64,000 nucleotides of DNA from Pristiophorus japonicus (lineage: Eukaryota): positions 496,001 to 560,000 of the forward strand of contig NW_027251778.1 in the NCBI RefSeq assembly GCF_044704955.1. Direction: 5' to 3'. This document shows, piece by piece, positions 1 to 12,623 of this stretch; within the stretch, counting starts at the first letter, position 1; each line of letters begins with the position of its first letter. Made by a program: the position numbers and the translations under genes. The notes beneath the pieces were generated by a model. The model did no database searches. It was not told the DNA's origin and was given only the letters and a program-made list of their open reading frames with translations.

Positions 1-2125
1 CTGATCATTCACCTCAGTACCCCTTTCCTGATTCCTCACCATACCCCTTGATCCCTTTAGCCGTAAGGGGCCACATCTAACACCCTCCGGAATATATCCA
101 ACGAACTGGCCTCAACAACTCTCTGCGGCAGGGAATTCCACAGGTTCACCACTCTCTGGGTGAAGAAGTTTCTCCTCATCTCGGTCCTAAATGGCTTACG
201 CCTTATCCTAAGACTGTGTGACCCCTGGTTCTGGACTTCCCCAACATCGGGAACATTCTTCCTGCATCTAACCTGTCCAGTCCCGTCAGAATTTTATATG
301 TTTCTATGAGATCCCCTCTCATTCTTCTAAATTCCAGTGAATATAAGCCTAGTCAATCCAGTCTTTCTTCATAAGTCAGTCCTGCCATCCCGGGAATCAG
401 TTTGGTGAACCTTCGCTGCACTCCCTCAATAACAAGAACGTCCTTCCTCAGGTTAGGAGAACAAAACTGACACAATATTCCAGGTGAGACCTCACCAAGG
501 CCCTGTACAACTGCAGTAAGACCTCCCTGCTCCTATACTCAAATTCTCTCGCTATGAAGGCCAACATGCCATTTGCCTTCTTCACCACCTGCTGTACCTG
601 CATGTCAACTTTCAATGACTGATGAAGCATGACACTCAGGTCTCGTTGCATCTCCCCTTTTCCTAATCTGCCGCCATTCAGATAATATTCTGCCTTCGTG
701 TTTTTGCCCCCAAAGTGGATAACCTCACATTTATCCACATTATACTGCATCTGCCAGGCATTTGCCCACTCACCTAACCTGTCCAAATCAACCTGCAGCC
801 TCTTGGCGTCCTCATCACAGCTCACACCACCACGCAGTTCAGTATCATCTGCAAACCTTAAGATATTACACTCAATTCCTTCATCCAAATCATTAATGTA
901 TATTGTAAATAGCTGGGCTCCCAGCACTGAGACGTGCGGCACTCCACTAGTCACTGCCTGCCATTCCGAAAAGGATCCGTTTATCCGGACTCTCTGCTTC
1001 CTGTCTGAAACCAATTATCTATCCACGTCAGTACATTACCCCCAATACCATGTGCTTTAATTTTGCACACCAATCTCTTATGCGGGACCTTGTCACAAGC
1101 CTTTTGAAAGTCCAAATACACCATATCCACTGGTTCTCCCTTGTCCACTCTGCTAGTTACATCCTCAAAACATTCCAGACCATTTGTCAAGCATGATTCC
1201 CCTTTCATAAATTCATGCTGATTTGGACCGATCCTGCTACAAATGCGCTGCTATTTCATCTTTAATAATTGATTCCAACATTTTCCCCACTACTGATGCC
1301 TGGCTAACTGGCCTATAATTAACCGTTTTCTCTCTCCTGCCTTTTTAAAACGTGGTGTTACATTAGCTACGCTCCAGTCCATAGGAACTGTTCCAGAGTA
1401 TATAGACTTTTGGAAAATGTTCACAAATGCATTCACTATTTCTAAGGCCACTTACGTAAGTACTCTGTGATGCAGACAATCAGGCCCCGGGGATTTCTAG
1501 GCCTTCAATCCCATCAATGTGCCCAACACAATTTCTCGCCTAATAAGGATTTCCTTCAGTTCCTCCTTCTCACTAGACCCTCAGTCCGCTAATATTTCCG
1601 GAAGGTTATTTGTGTCTTCCTTCGTGAAGACATAACCACCGTATTTATTCCATTGGTCTGCCATTTCTTTGTTCTCCATTATAAATTCACCTGAGTCCGA
1701 CTGCAATGGACCTACGTTTGTCTTCACTAATGTTTTTCTCTTCATATATCTAAAGAAGCTTTTGCAGTCAGTTTTTATGTTCCCGGCTAGCTTCCTCTCG
1801 TACTCTATTTTTCCACTCCTAATTAAACCCTTTGTCCTCCCAGTCCTCAGGTTTGCTGCTTTTTCTGGCCAATTTATATGCCTCTCCCTTGGATCTAACA
1901 CTATCCTTAATTTCCCTAGTTAGACATGGTTGAGCCACCTTCCCTGTTTTATTTTTACTCCAAAACATTTGTTGAAGTTCATCCATGTGATCTATAAATG
2001 TTTGCCATTGACTATCTGGCGTTAACCTTTTAAGTATAATTTGCAAGTCTATTCTAGCCAGTTCACATCATATAGCGTCAAAGTTAACTGTCCTTAAGTT
2101 CAGGACCCTAGTTACTGAATTAACT
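1..2125 (-). mobile_element. CR1-clade LINE, decayed ORF2 (RT region to 3' UTR), 5'-truncated
   Basis: ORFs 448-1014, 981-1208, 1581-1901 and 1819-2046 carry RT motifs (YLDFQKA, GVP(H)VSVLG, FADD, HLEYC) split by frameshifts. Confidence 0.92.
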
Positions 2126-2376
2126 GTCTGTCTTTCTTTCTCTCTTCCTTTCTTACTTTTATTCTTCCTATGAAGATTAATATTTTTATAAAATATCTAT
2201 CAAAAATCGATTCCATGAGAATAATTATATGTTAGACCTGAAACAAGATGCATATTCTCACAATGTTTACACAAACTTAGAATCTAGTGGGTCAAATGTG
2301 AGTCCTACCGATCTGTGTGGGCCGAATGAGTGGTGGGGGCATTTCAGGGTGTTGGCGGTGTGGCGGTACAAAAGCG

Positions 2377-2390
2377 CCACCACCTGGCGG
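2377..2390 (-). promoter_or_regulatory. CTCF-like motif CCGCCAGGTGGTGG downstream of V1 RSS
   Basis: Visual match to the CTCF core CCRSYAGRKGGCR with one mismatch; same orientation as the other sites. Confidence 0.5.
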
Positions 2391-2424
2391 CTGAGATTAT
2401 CGCACCCCTATCCTTCTGGTTCAG

Positions 2425-2805
2425 GCACTTGACTTATGAGGATAGGTTGAGTTGGTTGGGCCTCTACACATTACAGTTCAGCAGAATGAGAGATGAACTT
2501 ATTGAAACTTGTAGGATAATGAGGGCGCTTGACAAGGCCGATGCAGAGAGATATTTCACTCATAGGGGAGAGGAGAACTAGGGGAAATAGTCTTAGAATA
2601 AGGAGCCACTTATTTAAAACTGAGATGCGTAGGGATTTCTTCACTCAGAGGGTTGTAAATCTGTGGAATTTTCTGCCCCAGATAGGTGTGGAGGCTGGGT
2701 CGTTAAATATATTTAAGGCGGGGATAGACAGATGTTTGAGCGATAAGGGAGTTACGGTTATGGGGAGCGGGAAGGGAAGTTGATCTGAGTCCCTGATCAG
2801 ATCAA
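2425..2805 (+). mobile_element. CR1 LINE 3' fragment
   Basis: Encodes YEDRLSWLGLY..RMR..FFTQRVVNLWN, the typical CR1 ORF2 C-terminus. Confidence 0.85.
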
Positions 2806-3169
2806 ACAGAGCAAAGAGGAAGATACTGTATATCTTCCTATCTTTCTCTCTTTCTTCTCTACGCCCTACCCTATACTACACATTTTTAATCGGTAAAGAC
2901 CTCTGATAGGTTCACCCCCTCAGCTTTCTCGTTTATTGGCACAACAGCCCCAGCCTGTTCAGCCTTTCCCGACAGTGTGAACTTCTCAATTCTGGTGTTA
3001 TCCCTGTTAAACTTCCTTTGCACCTGCGAGAGTGCCTCTACACCTAATCTCACACTTTTATTCTAAACCTTTTTCCTCTTGTCAAAAACACATTCGCTCT
3101 GCAGAATAAACTCAACAGAACTCGGCACGGCATTGGTTCACCATCCACAGGTGTTTCCTGCCATGGCTT

Positions 3170-3208
3170 GGTTTGTGTCGAGCCCCTCCATCTCCCTGAG
3201 TCACTGTG
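3170..3208 (-). other. 23-RSS of V1
   Basis: CACAGTG-23 bp-ACACAAACC. Confidence 0.95.
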
Positions 3209-3945
3209 CAGACTCCAGGCGCAGTAATACACGGCAGACTGATCCACTTGAAGGCCGGAGGAATTCAGGTTAAACTCCTTGTCATTCGGTCGCTTGGCGG
3301 TAAAACCGTCCACCGTCCCCTCTGGATTCACAATATTGATGCCCATGGAGTAAAACATGAACTGCGGCTCCTTCCCCGGGTCCTGTCTGTACCAGTACAT
3401 GTTTGGGGTGCTTGCTCCCTCCACAGTGCATTTAAATTCCACACCCTCCGCGGGAAATCTGGAGACAGCGGCCGGAGTCTGGCGGATAGTCTGTGAGCTC
3501 ACATCTGGGAAAGAGACAGGGAGAGGAGTCAGTGAGTAAACAGGGTCATTCTGGGGAATGGGAGAAAGACAGAAAGAAAGAAAGAAGGAAAGAAATAAAG
3601 AAAGGTACAAAGAAAGAAAGAAAGTAAGGAAGTTAGTAAGAAAGATATAGAGAAACAACGACTGAGACAAAGAGAGAGGGAGAGAAAGAGAGAGAAAAAG
3701 AAAGAAAGATAGCAAGAAAGAAAGAAGTAAAGAATGAGAGAAGGAGAGAAAGAAAGAAGTGAAGAATGAGATAAAGAGATAAAGAAAGTAGTAAAGAAGT
3801 AAAGAATGAGAAAAGAAAGGAAGAGAGAAAGAAAGAAGGAACGAAAGAAGGAAAGAAACAGTAAGGAACGGATATTTACAACGATTATTGTGTGAAATAA
3901 TCACTTACATTGAAATACGATCATGAGAACCAGTAACCGATACAT
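3209..3945 (-). CDS. TRBV: V1: TCR beta V segment, family A (TRBV30-like), apparently functional
   Basis: Leader 3945-3909 (MYRLLVLMIVFQ, GTAAGT donor). V exon 3504-3209 after cccAG: SQTIRQTP..C..WYRQ..YYCAWS, no stops. Confidence 0.9.
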
Positions 3946-4429
3946 CTCCTACTTTAGGATTCACTTTTGAAAATTAAATCAGCGAAAATAAGAGCGTTGA
4001 GTCTTTGAGGATCCAACCCGCTCCTTTCAAATCATTGAGCAAAATGTGAAGATCAATTTGGAAGTGGAGCAGGAAGTGGGTGATGTAATTTCCCCAATTA
4101 CATCACCACGTTCAAGTTATTACGTAGGAAAGCACTAACCTATAAAATAAGAGTCAATCCATGCTATGTCAAACCATACTGAAATTCCGCTTGGGTCTGG
4201 GACCAAAATACTCGATCGATAAGAAATAGTTTACAAAAACAACAATAGCACGAGCATGCATCTATATTGCGCCTTCAACGTCCATGTGCGCTTCACGGGA
4301 GCGTTATCGAACGACCCCAGCAACAGCGTGAAGTGATAGCTTGGGGAAATTAACTCCTAGGTGTATCCATAGGGCAACTGGGAATAAGACATATTCATCG
4401 ATTAGTCAGGACGCACTTGTAATACTGTC

Positions 4430-5280
4430 GGAGAGACAGAGGGAGAGTGAGGAGTGAGAGTCAGAGGAGGAGCGAGAGAGAGGGAAAGAGAGAGGAGGAG
4501 AGAGAGGAGGAGAGCGAGTGTGAGGATGAGCGAGAGGATGGGTGAGAGGGAGAGAGAGAGTGGAGAGAGCGAGAGGATGAGAGAGAGGGGGAGAGCGAGT
4601 GAGAGTATTAGAGAGAAATATTGGGAGATAGAGTTAGAGTGAGAGGATGAGAGAGGGAAAGAGAGAATAGGAGGGAGAGTGAGAGGATGAGAGAAGAGGA
4701 TGGGAGAGAAAGAGGGTGAGAGAGGGATGGAGAGGAGGCGAGAGCGTGAAAGGATGAACGAGAGAGGATGAGAGAGAGAGCGAGAGAGAGAGAGGAGACC
4801 GAATGAGAGGATAAGAGAGCGAGAGACGGAGAGAGGAGGATTGAGAGAGTATGGGAGAGAAAAGATGAGACAGAGACAGCGAGATAGAGCGAGGAGGAGT
4901 GAGAGTGAGAGGATGAGAGAGAGAGAGAGGTAGGGAGAGGAGGAGAGAGTGACAGCGAGGGTTAGAGGATGGGAGACAAAGAGGGAGACAGAGGTGAGAT
5001 GATGAGAGTGAGAGAATGAGAGAGAGAGGGGACAGAGAGCAGAGGAGAGAGCGTGAAAGGATGAGAGAGAGAGGGAGAAGATGGAAGAGAGAGGGGGAGA
5101 GAGAATACAAGAGAAAGAGAGAGAATGAAAGAGAGTTGCAGGGACAGATCTGAAGGGAGGATGACACAGAAAGGAAGGGAGCGAAAATGACAGCGACAGG
5201 TAGAGAATGAGACAGAGAGATAGAGAGAGAGGAACAGAGAGAGAGAGAGATAAATAGAGAGACATAGAGAGAGAGAGAGA
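4430..5280. repeat. GA-rich polypurine low-complexity tract
   Basis: About 850 bp of almost only G/A; paralogous to 17360-18290. Confidence 0.9.
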
Positions 5281-5454
5281 TTTGGTCTCCTGTAATAAGG
5301 AAGGATAGATATACTTGCCTTGGAGACGGTGCCAAGGAGGTTCACCAGACTGATTCCTGGGATGGTAGGGCTGCCTTATGATGAAAGATTGTGTAGACTG
5401 GGCCGATACTCTCTGGTGTTTAGAAGAATGAGAGGTGATATTCGTGAAATGAGC

Positions 5455-6045
5455 TTCTGAATGGGCCTCCTCTTGTTCCTTTCTAACAGGCTCGAAGGAC
5501 TGAATGTGCATCGTCCTGTTCCGATGTAACAGGCTCGAGGGGCTGACTGGGCCTGCTCCTGTTCCCATGTAATAGGCATGAGGTGCTGAATGGGTAACTT
5601 CCTGTTCCTGTGCAAGAGGCGCGAGGGGCTGAATGGGCCTCCTCCTGTTCCTGTGTTACAGGCTCGAGGGGCTGAATGGGCCTCCTCCTGTTCCTGTGTA
5701 ACAGACTCGAGGGGCTGAATGGGCCTCCTCCTGTTCCTGTGTAACAGGCTCGAGGGGCTGAATGGGCCTCCTGTTCCTGTGTAACAGGCTCGAGGGACTG
5801 AATGGGCCTCCTCCTGTTCCTGTGTAACAGGCTCGAGGGGCTGAATGGGCCTCCTCCTGTTCCTGTGTAACAGGCTCGAGGGGCTGAATGGGCCTCCTCC
5901 TGTTCCTGTCTAAAAGGCTCGAGGGGCTGAATGGGCCTCCTCCTGGTCCTGTGTAACAGGCTCGAGGGGCTGAATGGGCCTCCTCCTGTTCCTGTGTAGA
6001 AGTCTCGAGGGGCTGAATGGGCCTCCTCCTGGTCCTGTCTTCCTA
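5455..6045. repeat. 40/43-bp minisatellite array
   Basis: Tandem GGGCCTCC(TCC)TGTTCCTGTGTAACAGGCTCGAGGGGCTGAAT. Confidence 0.95.
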
Positions 6046-6088
6046 TTGTGAACTATGTTCTGGTCACTGGTGTGTGTCGTGGTCTACA

Positions 6089-6102
6089 GCACCCTCTACT
6101 GT
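6089..6102 (-). promoter_or_regulatory. CTCF-like motif ACAGTAGAGGGTGC
   Basis: Type-I flank site, separated from V2 by a LINE insertion. Confidence 0.45.
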
Positions 6103-6558
6103 CCCTGTGGACAAAGAAAACACACTGTCAGTGTTTAAAAAGTATTTTACTTGCATTCCAACTTTTTAAAATTCGTTTTTTTTAAACTATCGTTCTGTCT
6201 TTCTATCTTTCTTTATTTTCTCTATCTTTCTTTCCGACTCTTTGTCCAGCTTACATTCTTTCATTTTTACCTTCTGTCTTTCTTTCTCTCTTCATTTCTT
6301 GCTTTTATTCTTTCTATCTTTCTTTCTTCCTATCTTCGTTTCTTTCGTTCTTTCTATCTTTCTATCTGGCTTCTCCTCGCCCTACCCAACAAAACACATT
6401 GTTAATCTGCAAAGACCTCTGACAGGTTCACCCATCAGCCTTCTCTTTTCTGGACATAACAGCCACAGCCTGTTCAGCCTGCCATGATAGTTTGAACCTC
6501 TCAAATCTGATGTTATCCGTGTTAATCTTTCTTTGCTACTTCTCCCGAGCCTCTACAT

Positions 6559-9412
6559 ATGAATATAAGAGCATACGAATTTGGAAAAGGAATAGGCCAT
6601 CAAGTCCCTCGACCCTGCTCCGCAATACAAGATCATGGCTGATCTGGCCGTGGACTCAGCTCCACTGACCCGCCCGCTCCCCGTAACCCTTAATTCCCTT
6701 ATTGGTTAAAAATCTATCTATCTGTGACTTGAATACATTCAATGAGCTAGCCTCAACTGCTTCCTTGGACAGAGAATTCCACAGATTCACAACCCTGTGG
6801 GAGAAAAAATTCCTTCTCAACTCGGTTTTAAATTGGCTCCCCCGTATTTTGAGGCTGTGCCCCCTAGTTCCAGTCTCCCCGACCAGTGGAAACAACCTAT
6901 CTGCCTCTATGTTGTCTATCCCTTTCATTATTTTTAATGTTTCTATAAGATCACCCCTCATCCTTCTGAACGCCAATGAGTTAAGATGCAGTCTACTCAA
7001 TCTATCATCATATAGTAAGCCCCTCATCTCCGGAATCAGCCTAGTGAATCATCTTTGTACCCCCTCCAAAGCTAGTATATCATTCCTGAAGTAAGGTGAC
7101 CAAAACTGCACGCAGTACTCCAGGTGTGGCCTCACCAACACCCTGTACAGTTGCAGCAGGGCCTCCCTGCTTTTTACTCCATCCCTCTCGAAATGAAGGC
7201 CAACATTCCATTCGCCTTCCTGATCACCTGCTGCACCTGCAAACTAATTTTTGGGATTAATGCACAAGGACCCCCAGGTCCCTCTGCAACGCAGCATGTT
7301 GTAATTTCTCCCCATTCAAATAATATTCCCTTTTACTGCTTTTTTTCCCCCAGGTGAATAACATTGTATTCCATCTGCCAAACCTTAGCCCATTCGCTTA
7401 ACCTATCCAAATATCTTTGCAGCCTTTCTGTGTCCTCTACACAACCCGCTTTCCCACTAATCTTTGTGTCATCTGCAAATTTTGTTACACTACACTCTGT
7501 CCCCTCTTCCAGGTCATCTATGTATATTGTAAACAGTTGTGGGCCCAGCACCGATCCCTGTGGCACACCACTAACCACCGATTTCCAACCCGAAAAGGAC
7601 TCATTTATCCCGAATCTCTGCTTTCTTTTCGCCAGCCAATTCTCTATCCATGCTAATACATTTCCTCTGACTCCGCGTACCTTTATCTTCTGCAGTAACT
7701 TTTGTGTGGCAGCTTATCGAATGCCTTTTGGAAATCTAAATACACCACATCCATCGGTACACCTCTATCTACCATGCTCGTTATATCCTCAAAGAATTCC
7801 AGTAAATTAGTTAAACATGATTTCCCCTTCATGAATCCATGCTGCGTCTGCTTGATTGCACTATTACTATCTAGATGTCCCGCTATTTTTTCCTTAATGA
7901 TAGTTTCAAGCATTTTCCCACTACAGATGTTAAACTAACTGGCCTATAGTTACCTGCCTTTTGTCTGCCCCCTTTTTTAAACAGAGGCGTTACATTAGCT
8001 GTTTTCCAATCCGCTGGTACCTCCCCAGAGTCCAGAGAATTTTGGTAGATTATAACGAATGCATCTGCTAAAACTTCCGCCATCTCTTTTAATACCCTGG
8101 GATGCATTTCATCAGGATCAGGGGACTTGTCGACCTTGAGTCCCATTAGCCTGTCCAGCACTACCCCCCTAGTGATAGTGAATGTCTCAAGGTCCTCCCT
8201 TCCCACATTCCTGTGACCAGCAATTTTTGGCATGGTTTTTGTTTCTTCCACTGTGAAGACCGAAGCAAACTAATTGTTCAAGGTCTCTGCCATTTCAACA
8301 TTTCCCATTATTAAATCCCCCTTCTCATCTTCGAAGGGACCAACATTTACTTTAGTCACTCTTTTCAGGTTTGTATATCTGTAAAGGCTTTTACTATCTG
8401 TTTTTATGTTTTGCGCAAGTTTTCCTTCGTAATCTATCTTTCCTTTCTTTATTGCTTTCTTAGTCATTCTTTGCTGTTGATTAAAATTTTCCCAATCTTC
8501 TAGTTTCCCACTAACCTTGGCCACCTTATACGCATTGGTCTTTAATTTGATACTCTCCTTTATTTCCTTGGTTATCCTCGGCTGGTTATCCCTTCTCTTA
8601 CCGCCCTTCTTTCTCACTGGAATATATTTTTGTAGAGCACTATGAAAGAGCTCCTTAAAAGTCCTCCATTGTTCCTCAATTGTGCCACCGTTTAGTCTGT
8701 GTTCCCAGTCTACTTTAGCCAACTCTGCCCTCAACCCACTGTAGTCCCCTTTGTTTAAGCATAGTACGCTCGTTTGAGACATTACTTACTCACCCTCAAT
8801 CTGTATTACAAATTAACCATACTGTGATCACTCATTCCGAGAGGATCTTTTACTAGCAGATCGCTTATTATTCCTGTCTCATTACACAGGACCAGATCTA
8901 AGATAGCTTGCTCCCTTGTAGGTTCTGTAACATACTGTTCTAAGAAACAATCCCGTATGCATTCTATGAATTCCTCCTCCAGGCTACCCCGTGCGATTTG
9001 ATTTGACCAATATGTAGGTTAAAATCCCCCATGACTACTGCCGTTCCTTTTTCACATGCCTCCTTTATTCCCTTGATTATTGCCCGCCCCACCGTGAAGT
9101 TATTATTTGGGTCCTATAAACTACACCCACCAGGGAATTTTTCCCCTTACTATCACTAATCTCCACCCACAATGATTCAACATTTTGTTCATTAGAGCCA
9201 ATATCGTCTCTCACAACTGCCCTGATATCATCCTTTATTAACAGAGCTACCCCACCTCTTTTCCCTTTTTGTCTGTCTTTCCGAATCGTCAGATACCCCT
9301 GTATGTTTAATTCCCAGTCTTGGCCACCCTGCAACCACGTTTCTGTAATGGCCACCAAATCATACCCATTTGTAATGATTTGTGCCGTCAACTCATTTAC
9401 TTTATTTAGAAT
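6559..9412 (-). mobile_element. CR1-clade LINE, about 2.85 kb, endonuclease to 3' UTR, frameshifted
   Basis: APE motif DLVAITETWL (9077-9391), then NYRPVSLTS, YLDFQKAFD, GVPQGSVLGP, FADD, RLHLNSL..RRMRGDL. Interrupts the conserved V 3' flank. Confidence 0.93.
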
Positions 9413-9535
9413 GTGAGAGATTACATCTAATCTCTCACTTTTATTCTAACCCGTCTCTGCTTGTCAAAAACACATGAGCTCTGCAGCATAAACGTGACAG
9501 TGTTCACCATCCACAGGTGCTTCCTGCCATGGTGG

Positions 9536-9574
9536 GGTTTGTGTCGAGCCCCTCCATCTCCCTGATTCACTGTG
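9536..9574 (-). other. 23-RSS of V2
   Basis: CACAGTG-23-ACACAAACC. Confidence 0.95.
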
Positions 9575-10068
9575 CAGACTCCAGGCGCAGTAATAGACGG
9601 CCGCCTGATCCGCCCGCAGGCCGGAGGACTTCAGGTTAAACTCCTTGTCATTCGTTCGCTCGGCGGTAAAACCGTCCACCATCCCCTCTGGAGACACGGC
9701 ATTGGTACCCACGGAGTAAACCATGAACTGCGGCTCCTTCCCCGGTTCCTGTCTGTACCAGTACATGTAAGTGTCGCTTGTTCCCTCCACAGTGCATTTC
9801 AATTCCACTCCCTCCCAGGAAAATCTGGAGACAGCGGCCGGAGTCTGGCGGATAGTCTGTGAGCTCACGTCTGGGAAAGATACGGGGAGAGGAGTCAGTT
9901 AGTGAACAGGGATAATCTGGGGATTGGGAGAAACACAGAAAGATAGATAGAAGGAAAGAATGAAAGAAAGAAAGAAAGAAAGATAGAAAAAAGATTACCA
10001 ACAAGACTTATATTGTGTAAAAGTCCCTTACACTGAAACAAGAACATCAGACCAAGTAACTGATACAT
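9575..10068 (-). CDS. TRBV: V2: TRBV family A, apparently functional
   Basis: Leader 10068-10032 (MYQLLGLMFLFQ, GTAAGG donor); open V exon 9870-9575 ending YYCAWS. Confidence 0.9.
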
Positions 10069-10177
10069 CTTTGACTTGAAGTTTCAGCTCAATAATGAAA
10101 GGAGCGAGAGCAGGAGCGGGGAGTCTGTGAGGAGCCAACTTCGCTCTTTTCAAATCAGTGAGGAAAATGTGAAGAAT

Positions 10178-10350
10178 GTGAGGAAGTGATGCAGGTTTGG
10201 ATCGTCGAGTCCCTCCCACTGATTGACAGACAAAGCCCCTCCCTCTCTGATTGACAGACACAGCCCCTCCCTCTCTGATTGAGAGACAAAGCCGCTCCCT
10301 CCCTCATTGTTAGCCCCGCCCCTCTCTCTCTGATTGGCCTTTGATTGGAG
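10178..10350. promoter_or_regulatory. Family-A promoter: GGAAGTGATGCA (Ets + CRE-half) plus TGATTGACAG/CCAAT repeats
   Basis: Exact TGATTGACAG at 10220 and 10248, ATTGG boxes near 10333 and 10344; similar arrangement upstream of other A leaders. Confidence 0.55.
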
Positions 10351-10429
10351 CAGCTATGAAGTGGGAGTTACCTACGGAGGAGCAAAGGAATTTCGAAGAC
10401 CATGTCCACAAATCACTACCAATGAGCGG

Positions 10430-10985
10430 ATAGTTGCGGGTGAAGGGGGCTGGAATTGGAGAGAAAGATTTGATTCTTCAGTTGCACACAGCCTCAGTCA
10501 GAATTCATCTGGAGAACTGACTTCAGTTCTGCGCACTGCACCTCTCTGTTAACCTTGCAAGGGCTTCAACACAGTTTCAACAGGATGGCAGCAGTGCCGG
10601 TGGGTCAAATGAAACGGACAGATTGAATCAACGTAATTTGTATTATATTGACAAAGGAGATTCGGCGGTGAACTGATTGGCGTTCGTAAAGCATTAAAAG
10701 GGGTTGATATGGTCGACAGAGAGAATCAATTTCTTTCAGTCGGGGACTCCAGAAGGAAGGGACAGAAACTTAAAATTAGAGCCAGGTCATTCTGGCATTG
10801 CAACAGAAATCACTTCTTCATATAAAGAGTACTGGGTATATGGACCTCTCTGCTCCAAAAGCTGTTGAGACTGGGGGTCAATTGCAGGCTTCAAGACAGA
10901 GATTGAATAAATTTTGGTTGGGTATGGGTATTGCATGATATGTGGTAGAGGAGACCAATATTTATCGGCAATTATATAACTGCAT
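10430..10985 (+). mobile_element. Old CR1 3' fragment co-duplicated with family-A cassettes
   Basis: Degenerate CR1 ORF2 C-terminus. Paralogs at about 20340-20890, 30490-31035, 33920-34465, 36870-37410, 44320-44860, 50630-51130, 53520-54070 and 58735-59260. Confidence 0.8.
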
Positions 10986-11250
10986 GAGCAAGCAGGCTCG
11001 AGAAGCTGAATGGGCTTCCTCCTGTTCCTGTGTAACAGGCTCGAGAAGCTGAATGGGCCTCCTGTTCCTGTGTAACAGGCTCGAGGGACTGAATGGGCCT
11101 CCATTTGTTCTTGTGTAACAGGCTCGAGGGGCTGAATGGACCTCTTCCTCTTCCTGTGTAAAAGGCTCGTGGGGATGAATGGGTCTGCTCCTGTTCCTGT
11201 GTAAAACGCTCGAGGGGCTGAATGGACCTCCTCCTGTTCCTGTGTTCCTG
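10985..11250. repeat. 40/43-bp minisatellite array
   Basis: Same unit, about 6 copies. Confidence 0.9.
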
Positions 11251-11288
11251 TTGTGAACCAAGTGCGCTGGTGTGCTTCGTCGTCTAGA

Positions 11289-11302
11289 GCGCCCTCTACT
11301 GT
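11289..11302 (-). promoter_or_regulatory. CTCF-like motif ACAGTAGAGGGCGC
   Basis: Close match to the CTCF core, about 560 bp beyond the V3 nonamer. Confidence 0.6.
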
Positions 11303-11861
11303 CGTTGCGGGGATAGAAAACAGACTGTCAGCGTTTAAAGAATTATTTTATTTGCATTCCTATAAAACTTCGTTATTTTTTTAAAACTATCGTTCCGTCG
11401 TTCCTTATTTCTTTATGTTACCTATCTTTCTTTCAGACTCTTTTTCCTACTTCAATTCTTTCATTCTATCCTTCTGTCTTTCTTTCTCTTTTCCTTTCTT
11501 TCTTTTATTCTTCCGATCTTCCTTTCTTTCTTTCTTACTCCTTTCGTTTATTTTCCCATCTTGCATCTCCACGCCCTACCCTATAAAACACATTGTTAAG
11601 CTGTAAAGACCTCTGACAGGTTCACCCCTCAGCCTTCTCTTTCCTGGACACAACAGCCCCAGCCTGTTCAGCCTTTCCTGATAGTTTGAACCTCTCAATT
11701 CTGGTGTTATCCCTGTTAATCTTTCTTTGCACCTTCTCCAGTGCCTCTACACCTAATGCCTCACTTTTATTCTAACCCGTCTCTGCTTGTCAAAAACACA
11801 TTCGCTGTGCAGAATAAACGCGACAAGGTTCACCATCCACAGGTGTTTGCTGCCATGGTGG

Positions 11862-11900
11862 GGTTTGTGTCGAACCCCTCCATCTCCCTGAGTCACTGTG
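11862..11900 (-). other. 23-RSS of V3
   Basis: CACAGTG-23-ACACAAACC. Confidence 0.95.
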
Positions 11901-12623
11901 CAGACTCCAGGTGCAGTAATACACGGCCGCCTGATCCGCCGGCAGGCCGGAGGTCTCCAGGTAGAAGTGGGTGTAGTCTGGTCTCCTGGCGGTGAATCCG
12001 TCCACTTCACAGGAGGGAATGATCGATCCGGGGATGTTGGAATAGAAAAGGTTCTGAGGCTCCCGGTCAGGATGCCACCGGTACCAGTAGAAATAGGAGC
12101 CAGCTGCTGCTTCTGTGTAAAGGCACTCGATGCTAACCGGAGTACCCGGGGAATTGGATATGGAAGCGGGGGTCTGTTGGATCAGCACGGCCTCCACATC
12201 TGTAAAACCGAGAAAGAGAGAGAGTTAGAGATAGAGATAAACCGAAGGGGTGAGACAGCGGGGCGGACAGAGGTAGAGAGGCAAAGGCAGAGAGAGAATG
12301 AGTTAAAGAGAGAGAGGTAAACTGAGCGACAATCTACACATCACCGGAGGATGAGATGGCGCACATGAGGAGAAGGTGCTCGAAACGAGAAAGTGAGAGA
12401 GGAATAGCGAGAGAGAGAGAGAGGGAGTGTAGGAGACAGAGAGAGGGAGACAGACAGACAGACAGAGAATACAGCATAAATCGAGAGGGAGAGAATCTAG
12501 GCTAACGTGCGGTGTGAAGGAACCTGAGATCTCACAGCCCAGCTCTACCTTAACACCAGCAACACAAGCCAGAGCTGGGACACAGGCATCTCTGGGGGGG
12601 GGGGGGGAGATCCAGGGGTTCAT
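11901..12623 (-). pseudogene. TRBV: V3: TRBV family B, open V exon but defective leader (probable pseudogene)
   Basis: V exon 12199-11901 is open (YYCTWS). A 7-bp deletion at about 12550 removes the GG/GTAAG donor, so the leader reads ..VLR-TAG. Confidence 0.75.

Noticed and set aside
6559-9412. Active, intact LINE
   Set aside because: 5'-truncated, with no ORF1 and ORF2 broken into several frames
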